Assembly: GCA_030123765.1 (NCBI GenBank)
Contig: JASJXX010000004.1
Coordinates: 3,601 to 67,600, forward strand
Direction of reading: 5' to 3'
From: Actinomycetota bacterium
Lineage (GTDB): Bacteria; Actinomycetota; Acidimicrobiia; Spongiisociales; UBA5794
DNA: 64,000 nucleotides
The position numbers and the translations under genes were made by a program. Under the pieces are notes generated by a model. The model searched no databases. It worked only from the letters and a program-made list of their open reading frames with translations, and was not told the DNA's origin. Position 1 is the first letter of the stretch, and each line of letters starts with the position of its first letter. Positions 1 to 8,919 of this stretch are shown here, in pieces.

Positions 1-866
1 CCGACTTCAACACCAACCATGGACACGATCGGTGGCGTTCCGACAAGGAACCTTCGAATGTCTGGTGCCGGCTGCCAGCTGGCAGTGAATCCGAACTGGT
101 CCCGGTGGCCGAACCATCCCGTGATCGGCTGGGTGAGCGTGTCGTGGAGATCCCGTCGGACGTAGAGGAATCCGGGAGCGCCAGGTCCCGCGTTGAGATA
201 CTTGTACGTGCAGCCGACTGCCATGTCGGCATCCCAGGCAGAGAGGTGGACGGGAACCGATCCCGCTGAATGGGCGAGATCCCACAGCATCATTGCGCCT
301 CCATCGTGTGCAAGCTGTGTTATCGCAGCGCCGTCGGCGAGCGTGCCTGAGCGATACGACACGTGCGAGAGCGACACGAGCGCGGTCGTGTCGTTGATGA
401 GTGGGGCAAGATCGCTCACGGTTCCGTCCTCAGGAGCGAGGATCAGCTCACCGCCGGAACGCTCAGCAACAGATGCCAGCACATAGCGGTCGGAGGGGAA
501 GTTGCCTGCATCGGTGACGATGTTAGGTCTGCCTGTCGCGTCCATCGCAGCGGAGGCGAGTTTGTACAGATTGATCGAAGTCTGATCGCATACGGCGACC
601 TCACCGGGGTTCGCTCCGATCAATGGGGCGAGGCTATCGCCGATCCTCAGGCCTGTATCGAGCCAGTGGTCCCAGCCGAGGACGAGTTCGCTCGCCCACT
701 CATGCTCAACGACCTGCCGAATCCGACGAATCGTCTCCTTCGGTAGGCGCCCGAGGGAGTTCCCATCGAGATAGAGGAGGCCTTCGGCGAGAGTGAACCG
801 GTCTCGAAATGACGCCAGAGGATCGCCTCGGTCGAGTTCAGTCGCCCGCGCCGAGATGCCCTGCAC
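1..866 (-). CDS. kynU: Kynureninase (partial). The N-terminal ~288 aa are present and the C-terminus runs off the window start.
   Basis: A manual minus-strand translation gives VQGISARATELDRGDPLASFRDRFTLAEGLLYLDGNSLGRLP...VAVCDQTSINLYKL...AVGCTYKYLNAGPGAPGFLYV. This matches the kynureninase N-terminal signature (DPLA..R..F.L.EG..YLDGNSLG) and the PLP-lysine region (YKYLN.GPGA). The frame is open to position 1. The GTG start at 866-864 lies 1 nt after the stop of the upstream gene. The ORF is absent from the track because its stop is outside the window. Confidence 0.75.
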   Translation of the reverse strand, partial: MQGISARATELDRGDPLASFRDRFTLAEGLLYLDGNSLGRLPKETIRRIRQVVEHEWASELVLGWDHWLDTGLRIGDSLAPLIGANPGEVAVCDQTSINLYKLASAAMDATGRPNIVTDAGNFPSDRYVLASVAERSGGELILAPEDGTVSDLAPLINDTTALVSLSHVSYRSGTLADGAAITQLAHDGGAMMLWDLAHSAGSVPVHLSAWDADMAVGCTYKYLNAGPGAPGFLYVRRDLHDTLTQPITGWFGHRDQFGFTASWQPAPDIRRFLVGTPPIVSMVGVEV

Positions 867-867
867 G

Positions 868-2049
868 TCAGTACAGCTCGTACTGTCCGTCGATGAGCCG
901 CTCGGTGACCCCGGACCAGTCCTGGAAGCAGTCCTCGGTGATGTCGAGCACCCGGTCCGGATCCGGGTCGCCTGCGGTCTCGATGTGGACGGTCTGCGGC
1001 TCGGTGACCGAGTGTCCGATGGAGGAGAGGAGCCGGATGGTGACCTCTGACGCATCGGTCTCGGCGATCATCCGCTGGGTGATGTCGTAGCCGATCGCGT
1101 GATACGTCTTACCAACATGCGCTGCAGGATTCTTCCCTGCGGCGGCCTCGAGGCTCATCGGGCGGTACGGCGTGATGAGCCCACCGAAACGGTTGCCGCG
1201 TCCGACTTGTCCATCGTCTCCAGCCTCGGCCGAGGTGCCGCTGAGCGTGAGATACGCGGAGTCCTCCTGGTCTGCCTGGTTCACCTGCACCGCAACTCTC
1301 CGGCCAGATATCTCGGAGGCGAAGCGGACGGTTTCGTCGTGGATGCCAGAGACAACAGCGTTGTATTCGTCACGATCCGCAACTCTCTCCGCGAGCACGG
1401 GACATGCCACGGTGATCGTGATCTCTTCACCGACCCGCGCTCCCATCACTTTGATGTCACGCCCGATGGGGGCTGTGGAACGGTAGGCGTCCGAGTTGAG
1501 ATGGACCTCGATGGCGTGAACTGTTGCCTCGAGGACCGAGCGCGGCATCGATACGGCAGCGAACGATGTGTCGTTCGCAAGGGGGGCGATCGTTTCAGCG
1601 TGGACGACGGCCGCGAGAGCCGACGATGACTGATTGAGCCAGACCTCGACCGTGAAGGCCTCCGGTCTGGCGTCGGGGAGAAGATCAAGGAGGCGGCGGT
1701 GATACTGCACCGCGAGCGCTTCAGGGTCAGGTTTCCACCCGAATCCGAACGTTGCCTTGCCAACAAGTACGAGCCTGGACGGCTTCGTGTGCTCTCCACC
1801 CCCAAAGTCAATGTCGACTGAACCCGAGGCAAGGATTGCCTTGTCGACATTGAAGTGTCGCACCGCGCCCGTGTACTTCTCGTAGTCCCTGGCGAGCTGG
1901 CAGGCGAGATCCTCAGCGAGCCGATCACAGATCGTGTCGGGGTGTCCGGTCCCCTTCCGTTCGACGAATTCGATTGGCGGGGCGTACGGGGCGCGTGAGG
2001 TGAGAGAGAGATTCAACGGCTGTCCTGTGGGTCGGTGTGGGAGGCGCAT
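868..2049 (-). CDS. mat: Archaeal-type S-adenosylmethionine synthetase (methionine adenosyltransferase, PF01941-like).
   Basis: 393 aa. The motifs EFVERKGTGHPDTICD, PLANDTSFA, GRDIKVMGAR, YLTLSGTSAEAGDDGQVGRGNRFGGLITPYRPMSLEAAAGKNPAAHVGKTYH and an N-terminal extension of ~28 aa match archaeal MAT (e.g. MJ1208). They do not match bacterial MetK (GHPDK, GGGAFSGKD). Confidence 0.8.
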   Translation of the reverse strand: MRLPHRPTGQPLNLSLTSRAPYAPPIEFVERKGTGHPDTICDRLAEDLACQLARDYEKYTGAVRHFNVDKAILASGSVDIDFGGGEHTKPSRLVLVGKATFGFGWKPDPEALAVQYHRRLLDLLPDARPEAFTVEVWLNQSSSALAAVVHAETIAPLANDTSFAAVSMPRSVLEATVHAIEVHLNSDAYRSTAPIGRDIKVMGARVGEEITITVACPVLAERVADRDEYNAVVSGIHDETVRFASEISGRRVAVQVNQADQEDSAYLTLSGTSAEAGDDGQVGRGNRFGGLITPYRPMSLEAAAGKNPAAHVGKTYHAIGYDITQRMIAETDASEVTIRLLSSIGHSVTEPQTVHIETAGDPDPDRVLDITEDCFQDWSGVTERLIDGQYELY

Positions 2050-2113
2050 GCTAATCGGAGGGGGGAGGAAGGTATCCGTGGGGAGTAATCGGGTCAGACA
2101 AGTTGAGGCAGGG

Positions 2114-2692
2114 TTACCACCGCTCCCTGCGAACTACCTCGTCGCGGGGGAGTCGGCCCCGCTTGACGCGGGCAGATGATTGGTCGGGTGCAGCGTGGCC
2201 AAGCGTGACGACGCCAACGACCTCGATGTCCTCGGGAATGTCAAGCACCGGGTGCAGGCCTTCAAAAGCGTGGGCTCCGAGGAAGCCCGCAGCGAGGCCC
2301 TCGTCTACAGCCGCGTACAGGATCGCCATCAGCGAGGCTCCGGCGTCGACCCACCAGTACGGAACATCCCAGCCCCCCGTACCCGCCTTGTCCCGCTCTG
2401 CATAGCGATCCACGTAAGCCTGCTTGTCGATACATACAACGATCAGTACCGGAGCCACCGAGATCCACGGGCTGAAACCCCGCGACACGTACTCTCCCTC
2501 ACCTGCCGCTTCAGCGAGAGCAGCCCGTAAGGACTTCTCAGTGACGACGATGAAGCGCTGTCCCTGGCTGAAACCCGCGGAGGGTGCACGCACGGCGGCG
2601 TCGACGATTCTGTCGATGGCTGCGGCGTCGATCCCCGAGTCGGCGTACCTGCGAACCATGCGTCGCCGGGAAACGACGTCGCGAAACTCCAC
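2114..2692 (-). CDS. Nitroreductase family protein.
   Basis: 192 aa. RMVRRYADSGIDAAAIDRIVDAAVRAPSAGFSQGQRFIVV is a nitroreductase-fold N-terminus. Confidence 0.7.
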   Translation of the reverse strand: MEFRDVVSRRRMVRRYADSGIDAAAIDRIVDAAVRAPSAGFSQGQRFIVVTEKSLRAALAEAAGEGEYVSRGFSPWISVAPVLIVVCIDKQAYVDRYAERDKAGTGGWDVPYWWVDAGASLMAILYAAVDEGLAAGFLGAHAFEGLHPVLDIPEDIEVVGVVTLGHAAPDQSSARVKRGRLPRDEVVRRERW

Positions 2693-2693
2693 G

Positions 2694-4061
2694 TCAGAGT
2701 AGGTTGATCGCTACCAACGCGTCTTCAAGAGCTTTCTTGGCGTCAGCGAAGTACATGAGTGTGCTGTCCTCGTAGAAGAGCGGATTGTCGATTCCTGCGA
2801 ATCCCGGCGAGAGGCTGCGCTTGATGACGATCGTTGTCTTGGCGTCGTCAACGTTGAGGATCGGCATTCCATAAATTGGGCTCGTAGGGTCGTTCTTAGC
2901 GCTCGGATTCACTACATCGTTCGCGCCGACGATGAGCACTACGTCGGTCTGGGAGAAGCGCGGGTTCGCCTGCTCGAGGTCCAACAGGAGGTCGTAGGAG
3001 ACGTCGGATTCGGCGAGCAGGACGTTCATGTGGCCTGGCATGCGACCCGCAACGGGGTGGATCGCGTAGGTGACCTTGATACCGCGCTCTTCGAGGGCGT
3101 TCGCGAGATCCTTGACGGCGTGCTGGGCCTGGGCGACGGCCAACCCGTATCCGGGCACGATCATGACACTCTCGGCGTACGCGAGTGCGATCGCTACGTC
3201 GTCTGCGGTTGCTCGATTGACGGGCTTCGTCCCGATGTCCTCCGCCGTGGCGCCCCCTCCGAACTGGGTGAACAGGATGCTGGCGATCGACCGGTTCATC
3301 GCAACGGCCATCTCGATCGTGAGGATCATGCCCGCTGCGCCAACGAGTGCTCCACCGACGATGAGCGCCTGGTTGTTGATGATAAATCCGGCCATCGCAG
3401 CGGCGATGCCAGACAGCGAGTTCAAGAGGGAGATGACGACGGGCATGTCTGCGCCGCCGATCGGCAGGACAGCGGTGACGCCGAGGATGGCTGCAAGCCC
3501 GAACGCGACCCAGTACGCGGTAGAGGATTCGGCGACGACTCCGACACCTGCCGCGACGACGATCGCGAGAGCGATGACACCGTTCGTGGCCGCACCACCA
3601 GGCAGGAAGACCTGCCTGCCTGAGATGAGGCCCTGGAGCTTGCCGAACGCGACGAAGGAGCCGGTGAGTGTGACGGTTCCGATTCCGAGCGAGAGTGCCG
3701 TGACGATCGCCGTCTCTGCGGGCAGGACAGCGTTGGCACCAACGACGGTCGCCGCGGCGACGAGAGCAGACGCACCACCCCCGAAGCCGTTGAATGCTGC
3801 AACGAGCTGCGGCATCTCAGTCATCCGGACGCGGATCGCGAGGAACGCACCGATACTGCCGCCGACGACGACACCGCCGACGACGACACCCCACGCGTAC
3901 GACGCATCGAGACCGAGAAGGTTGACCACGACGACGACTATTGCGAGGAACATGCCGAGAGCGGCGATGCGGATGCCTCGCCTGGCTGTCTTGGGAGAAG
4001 TGAGGCCTTTGAGACCGACGATGAACAGGACGCCGGCTGCGAGATAAGCGAGTTCGACCAT
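2694..4061 (-). CDS. pntB: NAD(P) transhydrogenase subunit beta.
   Basis: 455 aa. It has a polytopic N-terminus plus a C-terminal dIII domain (GYGLAVAQAQHAV..., GANDVVNP, MPILNVDDAKTTIVIKRSL). Confidence 0.9.
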   Translation of the reverse strand: MVELAYLAAGVLFIVGLKGLTSPKTARRGIRIAALGMFLAIVVVVVNLLGLDASYAWGVVVGGVVVGGSIGAFLAIRVRMTEMPQLVAAFNGFGGGASALVAAATVVGANAVLPAETAIVTALSLGIGTVTLTGSFVAFGKLQGLISGRQVFLPGGAATNGVIALAIVVAAGVGVVAESSTAYWVAFGLAAILGVTAVLPIGGADMPVVISLLNSLSGIAAAMAGFIINNQALIVGGALVGAAGMILTIEMAVAMNRSIASILFTQFGGGATAEDIGTKPVNRATADDVAIALAYAESVMIVPGYGLAVAQAQHAVKDLANALEERGIKVTYAIHPVAGRMPGHMNVLLAESDVSYDLLLDLEQANPRFSQTDVVLIVGANDVVNPSAKNDPTSPIYGMPILNVDDAKTTIVIKRSLSPGFAGIDNPLFYEDSTLMYFADAKKALEDALVAINLL

Positions 4062-4354
4062 CAGCGTCTTCCCGGGATCTTCTTGAACATCTCAAGCATC
4101 CGGTCTGTGACGAGGAACCCTCCAACTACGTTGATCATCGCGAGGGTGACCGCGAAGAAACCGAGGACCGCAGCGACCCAGCCGGTGCCGACCGCTGCGA
4201 CGATGATGGCGCCGACGATCGTGATTCCGGAGATAGCGTTCGCCCCCGACATCAGAGGAGTGTGGAGGGTACGGGGCACCTTCGCGATGACTTCGAACCC
4301 GACGAACGCAGCGAGGACGAAGACGACGATGCCCTGGATGAACGCGTCACTCAT
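4061..4354 (-). CDS. pntAB: NAD(P) transhydrogenase subunit alpha part 2 (membrane).
   Basis: 97 aa with three TM helices (MSDAFIQGIVVFVLAAFVGFEVIAKVPRTLHTPLMSGANAISGI). It sits between pntAA and pntB. Confidence 0.85.
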   Translation of the reverse strand: MSDAFIQGIVVFVLAAFVGFEVIAKVPRTLHTPLMSGANAISGITIVGAIIVAAVGTGWVAAVLGFFAVTLAMINVVGGFLVTDRMLEMFKKIPGRR

Positions 4355-5445
4355 TCAACAGCCTCCTTGCTCGGCGCCACGATTGCCGGGCCAACGACGG
4401 GATCATCATGGTCAACTATGAGGGATCCGTCGACGACCATTCGTTTCACGAGCTCAAGGACATTTCTCCCGAACATGCGGCTCGAGTCCGTCGCGACACG
4501 CGAGGCGAGGTCGGTCGGACCCATGATCGTGACACCGGCTACCTCGATGGTCTCGTCCGGTCGGGACCCTTCGACGTTTCCGCCGGATGCAGCTGCCATG
4601 TCGATGATGAGTGATCCGGGGCGCATCGCCTCGACCATTGACCGGTCGATCAGGCGTGGAGCGCTTCTGCCGGGGACTTGCGCCGTGGTGATGATGAGAT
4701 CTGCGTCGGCGACAGCGGATGCGAGAGCCTCGCGCTGCTTCTCGGCTGTCTCCTCGTCAACGGCCCTGGCGTATCCGCCTTCGTCCATCTCTTCGGTGGT
4801 GGCTTCGATGAATCGGGCGCCGAGCGACTCGACCTGTTCCTTCGTTTCGGGCCGGATATCGTACGCGTACACGATGGCGCCGAGGCGCTTCGCGGTCGCG
4901 ATGGCCTGAAGGCCCGCAACGCCGACACCGAGCACGAGGACCGTTGAGGGTGGGATCGTGCCCGCGGGTGTGACCAGCATCGGCATGAATTTCGGGAGAG
5001 TGGAGACACCGAGGAGGACAGCGGCGTATCCCGCGGCGGTTGCCTGGGATGAGAGGGCGTCCATCGACTGGGCGAGCGTCGATCGGGGAACCATCTCCAT
5101 CGCCACCGAGGTGATGCCGTCTCTGCCCCACTCTGCGAACACGGTCGTGTTCGCTGCGGGATCGATGAGTCCGACGATCACACCGTTGGTGGCCAGCAAC
5201 GAACGGTCAGACTCCGTTGGAGGCGTGATCCTGATGAGCAGATCGACCGGAGCGCCGGCTGCGAGTTCCGGCACGACGGTGGCGCCTGCCTCGCTGTATG
5301 CACTGTCGGGGAAACCTGCGGGAGCACCTGCACCTGTCTCGACCGAGACAGAGAACCCGAGTTCGGTGAAGGACGAGACCGTGGCCGGAGTTGCGGCGAC
5401 CCGGTGTTCTCTCTCTGACAGCTCGTTGCGGATTCCAAGGTGCAT
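4351..5445 (-). CDS. pntAA: NAD(P) transhydrogenase subunit alpha part 1 (AlaDH/PNT domain).
   Basis: The start is set at the internal ATG 5445 (MHLGIRNELSEREHRVAATPATV), which matches the usual PntAA N-terminus. The track ORF extends to 5547 and would overlap gnd. The Rossmann region reads GVGVAGLQAIATAKRLGA. Confidence 0.8.
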   Translation of the reverse strand: MHLGIRNELSEREHRVAATPATVSSFTELGFSVSVETGAGAPAGFPDSAYSEAGATVVPELAAGAPVDLLIRITPPTESDRSLLATNGVIVGLIDPAANTTVFAEWGRDGITSVAMEMVPRSTLAQSMDALSSQATAAGYAAVLLGVSTLPKFMPMLVTPAGTIPPSTVLVLGVGVAGLQAIATAKRLGAIVYAYDIRPETKEQVESLGARFIEATTEEMDEGGYARAVDEETAEKQREALASAVADADLIITTAQVPGRSAPRLIDRSMVEAMRPGSLIIDMAAASGGNVEGSRPDETIEVAGVTIMGPTDLASRVATDSSRMFGRNVLELVKRMVVDGSLIVDHDDPVVGPAIVAPSKEAVE

Positions 5446-5522
5446 CGACCGAAACGCTAACCCGGCCGGTGCTCCAATCGGCAACCCGCTCGGCGCGCTG
5501 CGTGACCGGTGGTTGACGGCTC

Positions 5523-6953
5523 CTAAATCCAGTTCGTGTGGAACCATTCGCCTCGGGGGGCATCCGTTCGCTCGTACGTATGCGCCCCGAAGTAGTCCCT
5601 CTGAGCCTGGGTGAGGTTTGCGGGCAGACGCCTCGAGCGGAACGCGTCAAAGAATGACAGTGCTGCCGAATATGCGGGCACAGGGATGCCCGCGCGCGCC
5701 GCTCGTGCAACGGTACGGCGAAGTCCGGGCATCGCTTGGGTGATCTGATGCGTGAAATAGTCGTCGAGGAGTAGATTCGTCAGCGATGGGTTCTTGCGGT
5801 AGGCAGCCGTGATCTCCGTGAGGAACCGAGATCGGATGATGCAACCTGCTCTCCACAGTCCTGCGATCATGGAGAGATCGAGGTCCCAGCCGTACTCCTC
5901 GCTCGCCGAGCGTAGGAGCATGAAGCCCTGCGCGTAGGACACGATCTTGGCGGCATAGAGCGCGTCGTGGAGGTCCGCCATCACCTGGTCCACGCTGTCA
6001 GTGAGCGGCTCGATGTCATCGCCGAGGGCGGACGCCGCCTCCTGTCGCTCGTCGAGGAGCGCGGATACGATGCGCGCGTACACCGATTCGGCGATGAGGG
6101 AGACCGGTGTTGACTGGTTCATCGACGCGGCGACGGTCCACTTCCCCGTGCCCTTCTGGCCGGTCGCGTCGACGATCACGTCAACGGTCGGTGTGCCGTC
6201 GTCCTCCGTGTGTCCCAGGATGTCCGCGGTGATCTCGATGAGGTAGGAGTCGAGCCTGCCGTCATTCCAGCGTTCGAACCAGGGCTGCATCTCTGGAGCG
6301 GACATGGAGAGGCCGCGGCCCATGATGTCGTACGCCTCCGCGATGATCTGCATGTCACCGTACTCGATCCCGTTGTGGATCATCTTGACGTAGTGGCCCG
6401 ATCCACCGGGCCCGATCCAGCCGCAGCAGGGCTCTCCATCGACAGTGGCTGCGATCGCGGTCAGCGCGTCCTCGACTATCGGCCACGCGCCAACGTCTCC
6501 GCCGGGCATGATCGATGGGCCGTATCTGGCGCCCTCCTCACCCCCCGAGATACCGGCGCCGACGAAGAGGACGCCGGCGTCTGCGAGCTCCACCGTGCGG
6601 CGGGCAGTGTCAGTGAAGAGCGAGTTACCCCCGTCGATGACGACGTCTCCCGGAGCAAGGTGTGGGAGGAGGTCGGTGATCTGGTCGTCAACTGGCTGGC
6701 CTGCTTTGATCATCAAGAGGATTCGTCGCGGCTGCTCGATCGCCGCGACGAAGAGATCCAGGTCCCTGAACCCGGTGATCGACCGGTCGGCGTGCTGCGC
6801 TGCAAACGCGTCGGTTCGTGCAGCCGTCCGGTTGAAGACAGCGACCCGGAATCCGTGGTCGGAGAGATTCAGGACGAGGTTCTGGCCCATAACAGCGAGA
6901 CCGATCACACCGAAGTTCGAGGCAGGTTCGAGGGTTCGAGGCGGGGTCGTCAT
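5523..6953 (-). CDS. gnd: 6-phosphogluconate dehydrogenase (decarboxylating).
   Basis: 476 aa. Motifs VIGLAVMGQNLVLNL and IHNGIEYGDMQIIAEAYD are present. Confidence 0.9.
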   Translation of the reverse strand: MTTPPRTLEPASNFGVIGLAVMGQNLVLNLSDHGFRVAVFNRTAARTDAFAAQHADRSITGFRDLDLFVAAIEQPRRILLMIKAGQPVDDQITDLLPHLAPGDVVIDGGNSLFTDTARRTVELADAGVLFVGAGISGGEEGARYGPSIMPGGDVGAWPIVEDALTAIAATVDGEPCCGWIGPGGSGHYVKMIHNGIEYGDMQIIAEAYDIMGRGLSMSAPEMQPWFERWNDGRLDSYLIEITADILGHTEDDGTPTVDVIVDATGQKGTGKWTVAASMNQSTPVSLIAESVYARIVSALLDERQEAASALGDDIEPLTDSVDQVMADLHDALYAAKIVSYAQGFMLLRSASEEYGWDLDLSMIAGLWRAGCIIRSRFLTEITAAYRKNPSLTNLLLDDYFTHQITQAMPGLRRTVARAARAGIPVPAYSAALSFFDAFRSRRLPANLTQAQRDYFGAHTYERTDAPRGEWFHTNWI

Positions 6954-7139
6954 CGCGAAGGAGAGTACCGAGGTTGGAGGTGGAGTGGGAAGGGCGGGCG
7001 TTTCGAGCGTCTCACAACACGATGCGTGCTGGGAGTGGGCTCAGTCGATGAGGTGGTGTCTGAGTGCGAGGGGCGACTCGGTTCCTCCGACAGTGTTCTC
7101 TCTGTACGCATTGGACCCGCGAGCGACCCGGCGAACCAT

Positions 7140-7748
7140 GTGATCGTGGTGCCGGTGTTCACCTGGATCGTCGACGGAGCGATCGGCCTCTGGAGAGCCG
7201 ACGTTCACTTCGACCGTCCCGGACCGTGGCAAGTCACGGTCGTGCCGGAGTTCGGAGCTCCCCTCGACCCGGTTCAGTTCCTCGTGTTGCCAGAGACGAA
7301 GGCTCCCAACATCGGTGACGTTGCGCCAGCGCCTGCAACCCCGACACTCGCCGATACCGCAATCGACGCCCTGACATCGGATTCGGACCCGGAGAGACGG
7401 TTCTACCAGCTCAGCCTCGACGAGGCCATCGGAAACGGGAAGACGACCGTCGTCGTGTTCGCCACGCCGGCGTTCTGCCGGACCGCGGCGTGCAGCCCTC
7501 TCCTACGGGTGACCAAGAAGATAGCTGATGAATTTCCGGGTGTTCAGTTCGTCCACATCGAGATCTACACCGGACTCACCGAACCTGATTTCGTTCCGGA
7601 CTCGACGTTCCTTGCACCAGCGATCGGTGCCGACCAGTGGAATCTGCCTTCCGAGCCGTGGGTCTTCGTCGTCGACGGCGCAGGCATCGTGCAGGCCCGC
7701 TTCGAAGGTGTCATGGGTCCCGAGGAGCTCCGGTCAGCCCTCAACTGA
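7140..7748 (+). CDS. Thioredoxin-fold protein with an atypical C-x4-C motif. It probably has an N-terminal membrane anchor and a Pro/Ala-rich linker.
   Basis: This is the C-terminal part of track ORF 6210..7748. The 5' 740 nt of that ORF is antisense to gnd and was rejected. GC3 bias rises from the GTG at 7140 (MIVVPVFTWIVDGAIGLW). The thioredoxin-like layout is TTVVVFATPAFCRTAACSP ... FVHIEI ... EPWVFVVDGAGIVQARFEGVMGPEELRSAL. The start is uncertain; alternative GTG starts lie at 7026 and 7053. Confidence 0.5.
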   Translation: MIVVPVFTWIVDGAIGLWRADVHFDRPGPWQVTVVPEFGAPLDPVQFLVLPETKAPNIGDVAPAPATPTLADTAIDALTSDSDPERRFYQLSLDEAIGNGKTTVVVFATPAFCRTAACSPLLRVTKKIADEFPGVQFVHIEIYTGLTEPDFVPDSTFLAPAIGADQWNLPSEPWVFVVDGAGIVQARFEGVMGPEELRSALN

Positions 7749-7857
7749 CGCGGTAGGCCGTCGCCGCCCTCGATGCCGGTCGGTCTTCCGGGGGAGGGAA
7801 GGCTTCGAGAGTGCTCCGGACAGGATCGCCCCTCCGGGGCAGTCGAAGGTTGAAGGA

Positions 7858-8919
7858 TCAGATCGCGGCAGCGACCGCAGCACCCATGGCTACCGTGTCG
7901 ACGGATGTGCCGCTCCCCGCGATGTCTGCGGTTCTCACTCCGTTGGCGAGTACCTGGTGTACCGCAGCCTCGATCGCGGCCGCTTCCGCTTCGAGACCGA
8001 GGGAGTGTTGCAATGCCATGGCTGTGGAGAGAATCATCCCGAGAGGATTCGCTGTGCCTCTGCCGGCGATGTCTGGCGCGGACCCGTGGATCGGCTCGTA
8101 CACTCCGACTGCTCCGTCGCCGAGGGACGCGGAGGGCAGCAGGCCGAGTGAGCCGGGCAGCATGGAGGCCTCATCGGTGAGGATGTCCCCGAAGAGGTTG
8201 CCCGTCACGACGACATCGAAATCTCTTGGACGCGAGAGCAGATGCATCGCCATCGCGTCGACGAGGATGCTCTCGAGCCCAACATCGGGGAACTCGTCTC
8301 TCATCACCCGTTCCGTTGTTCGGCGCCACAGGCGGGAGACCTCAAGCACGTTGGCCTTGTCGACGGACGTCAACCTCCCTGAGCGCCCCCTTGCTGCCTG
8401 AGCGGCGAGTCGCACGATGCGCTCGATCTCTTCAACGGTGTAACGCATGTGGTCTGCAACGGTCCTGCCGTCGTCTGAGATGGTTGAGCCGCCGAAGTAG
8501 ATACCCCCGGTCAGCTCTCGCACGAACAGGATGTCGGTGCCGTCGACGATCTCACGGCGCAGCGGGGAAGCGTCGACCAGGACATCGTACGTCCGTACGG
8601 GCCGCAGGTTGGCGTAGAGGCCGAGAGCCTTGCGAAGCCCGAGGAGCCCGACCTCGGGTCGGGTCGCAGCATCAGGGTCGCTCCATCTGGGTCCCCCGAC
8701 CGCGCCCAGGATGACAGCGTCGGCATTGCGGCACGCGTCGAGCGTGGCGGAAGGCAGCGGATCACCGGTCGCGTCGATCGCACAGCCGCCCATGAGATGC
8801 TCTGTGTACGAGAAGTCGTGCCCGAAGCGGCGGGCTACGGCATTGAGGATGACCGTCGCCTCTGCGACAACCTCCGGGCCGATGCCATCTCCCGGGAGAA
8901 GAACGAAGTGCGCTTTCAC
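7858..8919 (-). CDS. leuB: 3-isopropylmalate dehydrogenase.
   Basis: 353 aa. The N-terminus reads [17 protein letters not shown]. Confidence 0.9.
   Translation of the reverse strand: MKAHFVLLPGDGIGPEVVAEATVILNAVARRFGHDFSYTEHLMGGCAIDATGDPLPSATLDACRNADAVILGAVGGPRWSDPDAATRPEVGLLGLRKALGLYANLRPVRTYDVLVDASPLRREIVDGTDILFVRELTGGIYFGGSTISDDGRTVADHMRYTVEEIERIVRLAAQAARGRSGRLTSVDKANVLEVSRLWRRTTERVMRDEFPDVGLESILVDAMAMHLLSRPRDFDVVVTGNLFGDILTDEASMLPGSLGLLPSASLGDGAVGVYEPIHGSAPDIAGRGTANPLGMILSTAMALQHSLGLEAEAAAIEAAVHQVLANGVRTADIAGSGTSVDTVAMGAAVAAAI

Noticed and set aside
193-746. Plus-strand ORFs of 97 and 127 aa at the window start.
   Set aside because: They are antisense to the kynureninase frame, which has clear family motifs.
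3030-4125. Several 100-325 aa ORFs on both strands inside pntB.
   Set aside because: They are out-of-frame or antisense to a strongly supported pntB, and have Ala/Arg/Pro-rich artefact composition.
6210-6953. The 5' two-thirds of the 512-aa plus-strand track ORF.
   Set aside because: It is entirely antisense to gnd and R/D/E-rich with no domain signal. Only the 3' third (from ~7140) has coding-like GC3 and a thioredoxin fold.
7825-7837. A gcccc-tcc-ggggc hairpin between the thioredoxin-like gene and leuB.
   Set aside because: It is a 5-bp stem with no flanking U-tract. It could be chance in 65% GC DNA.
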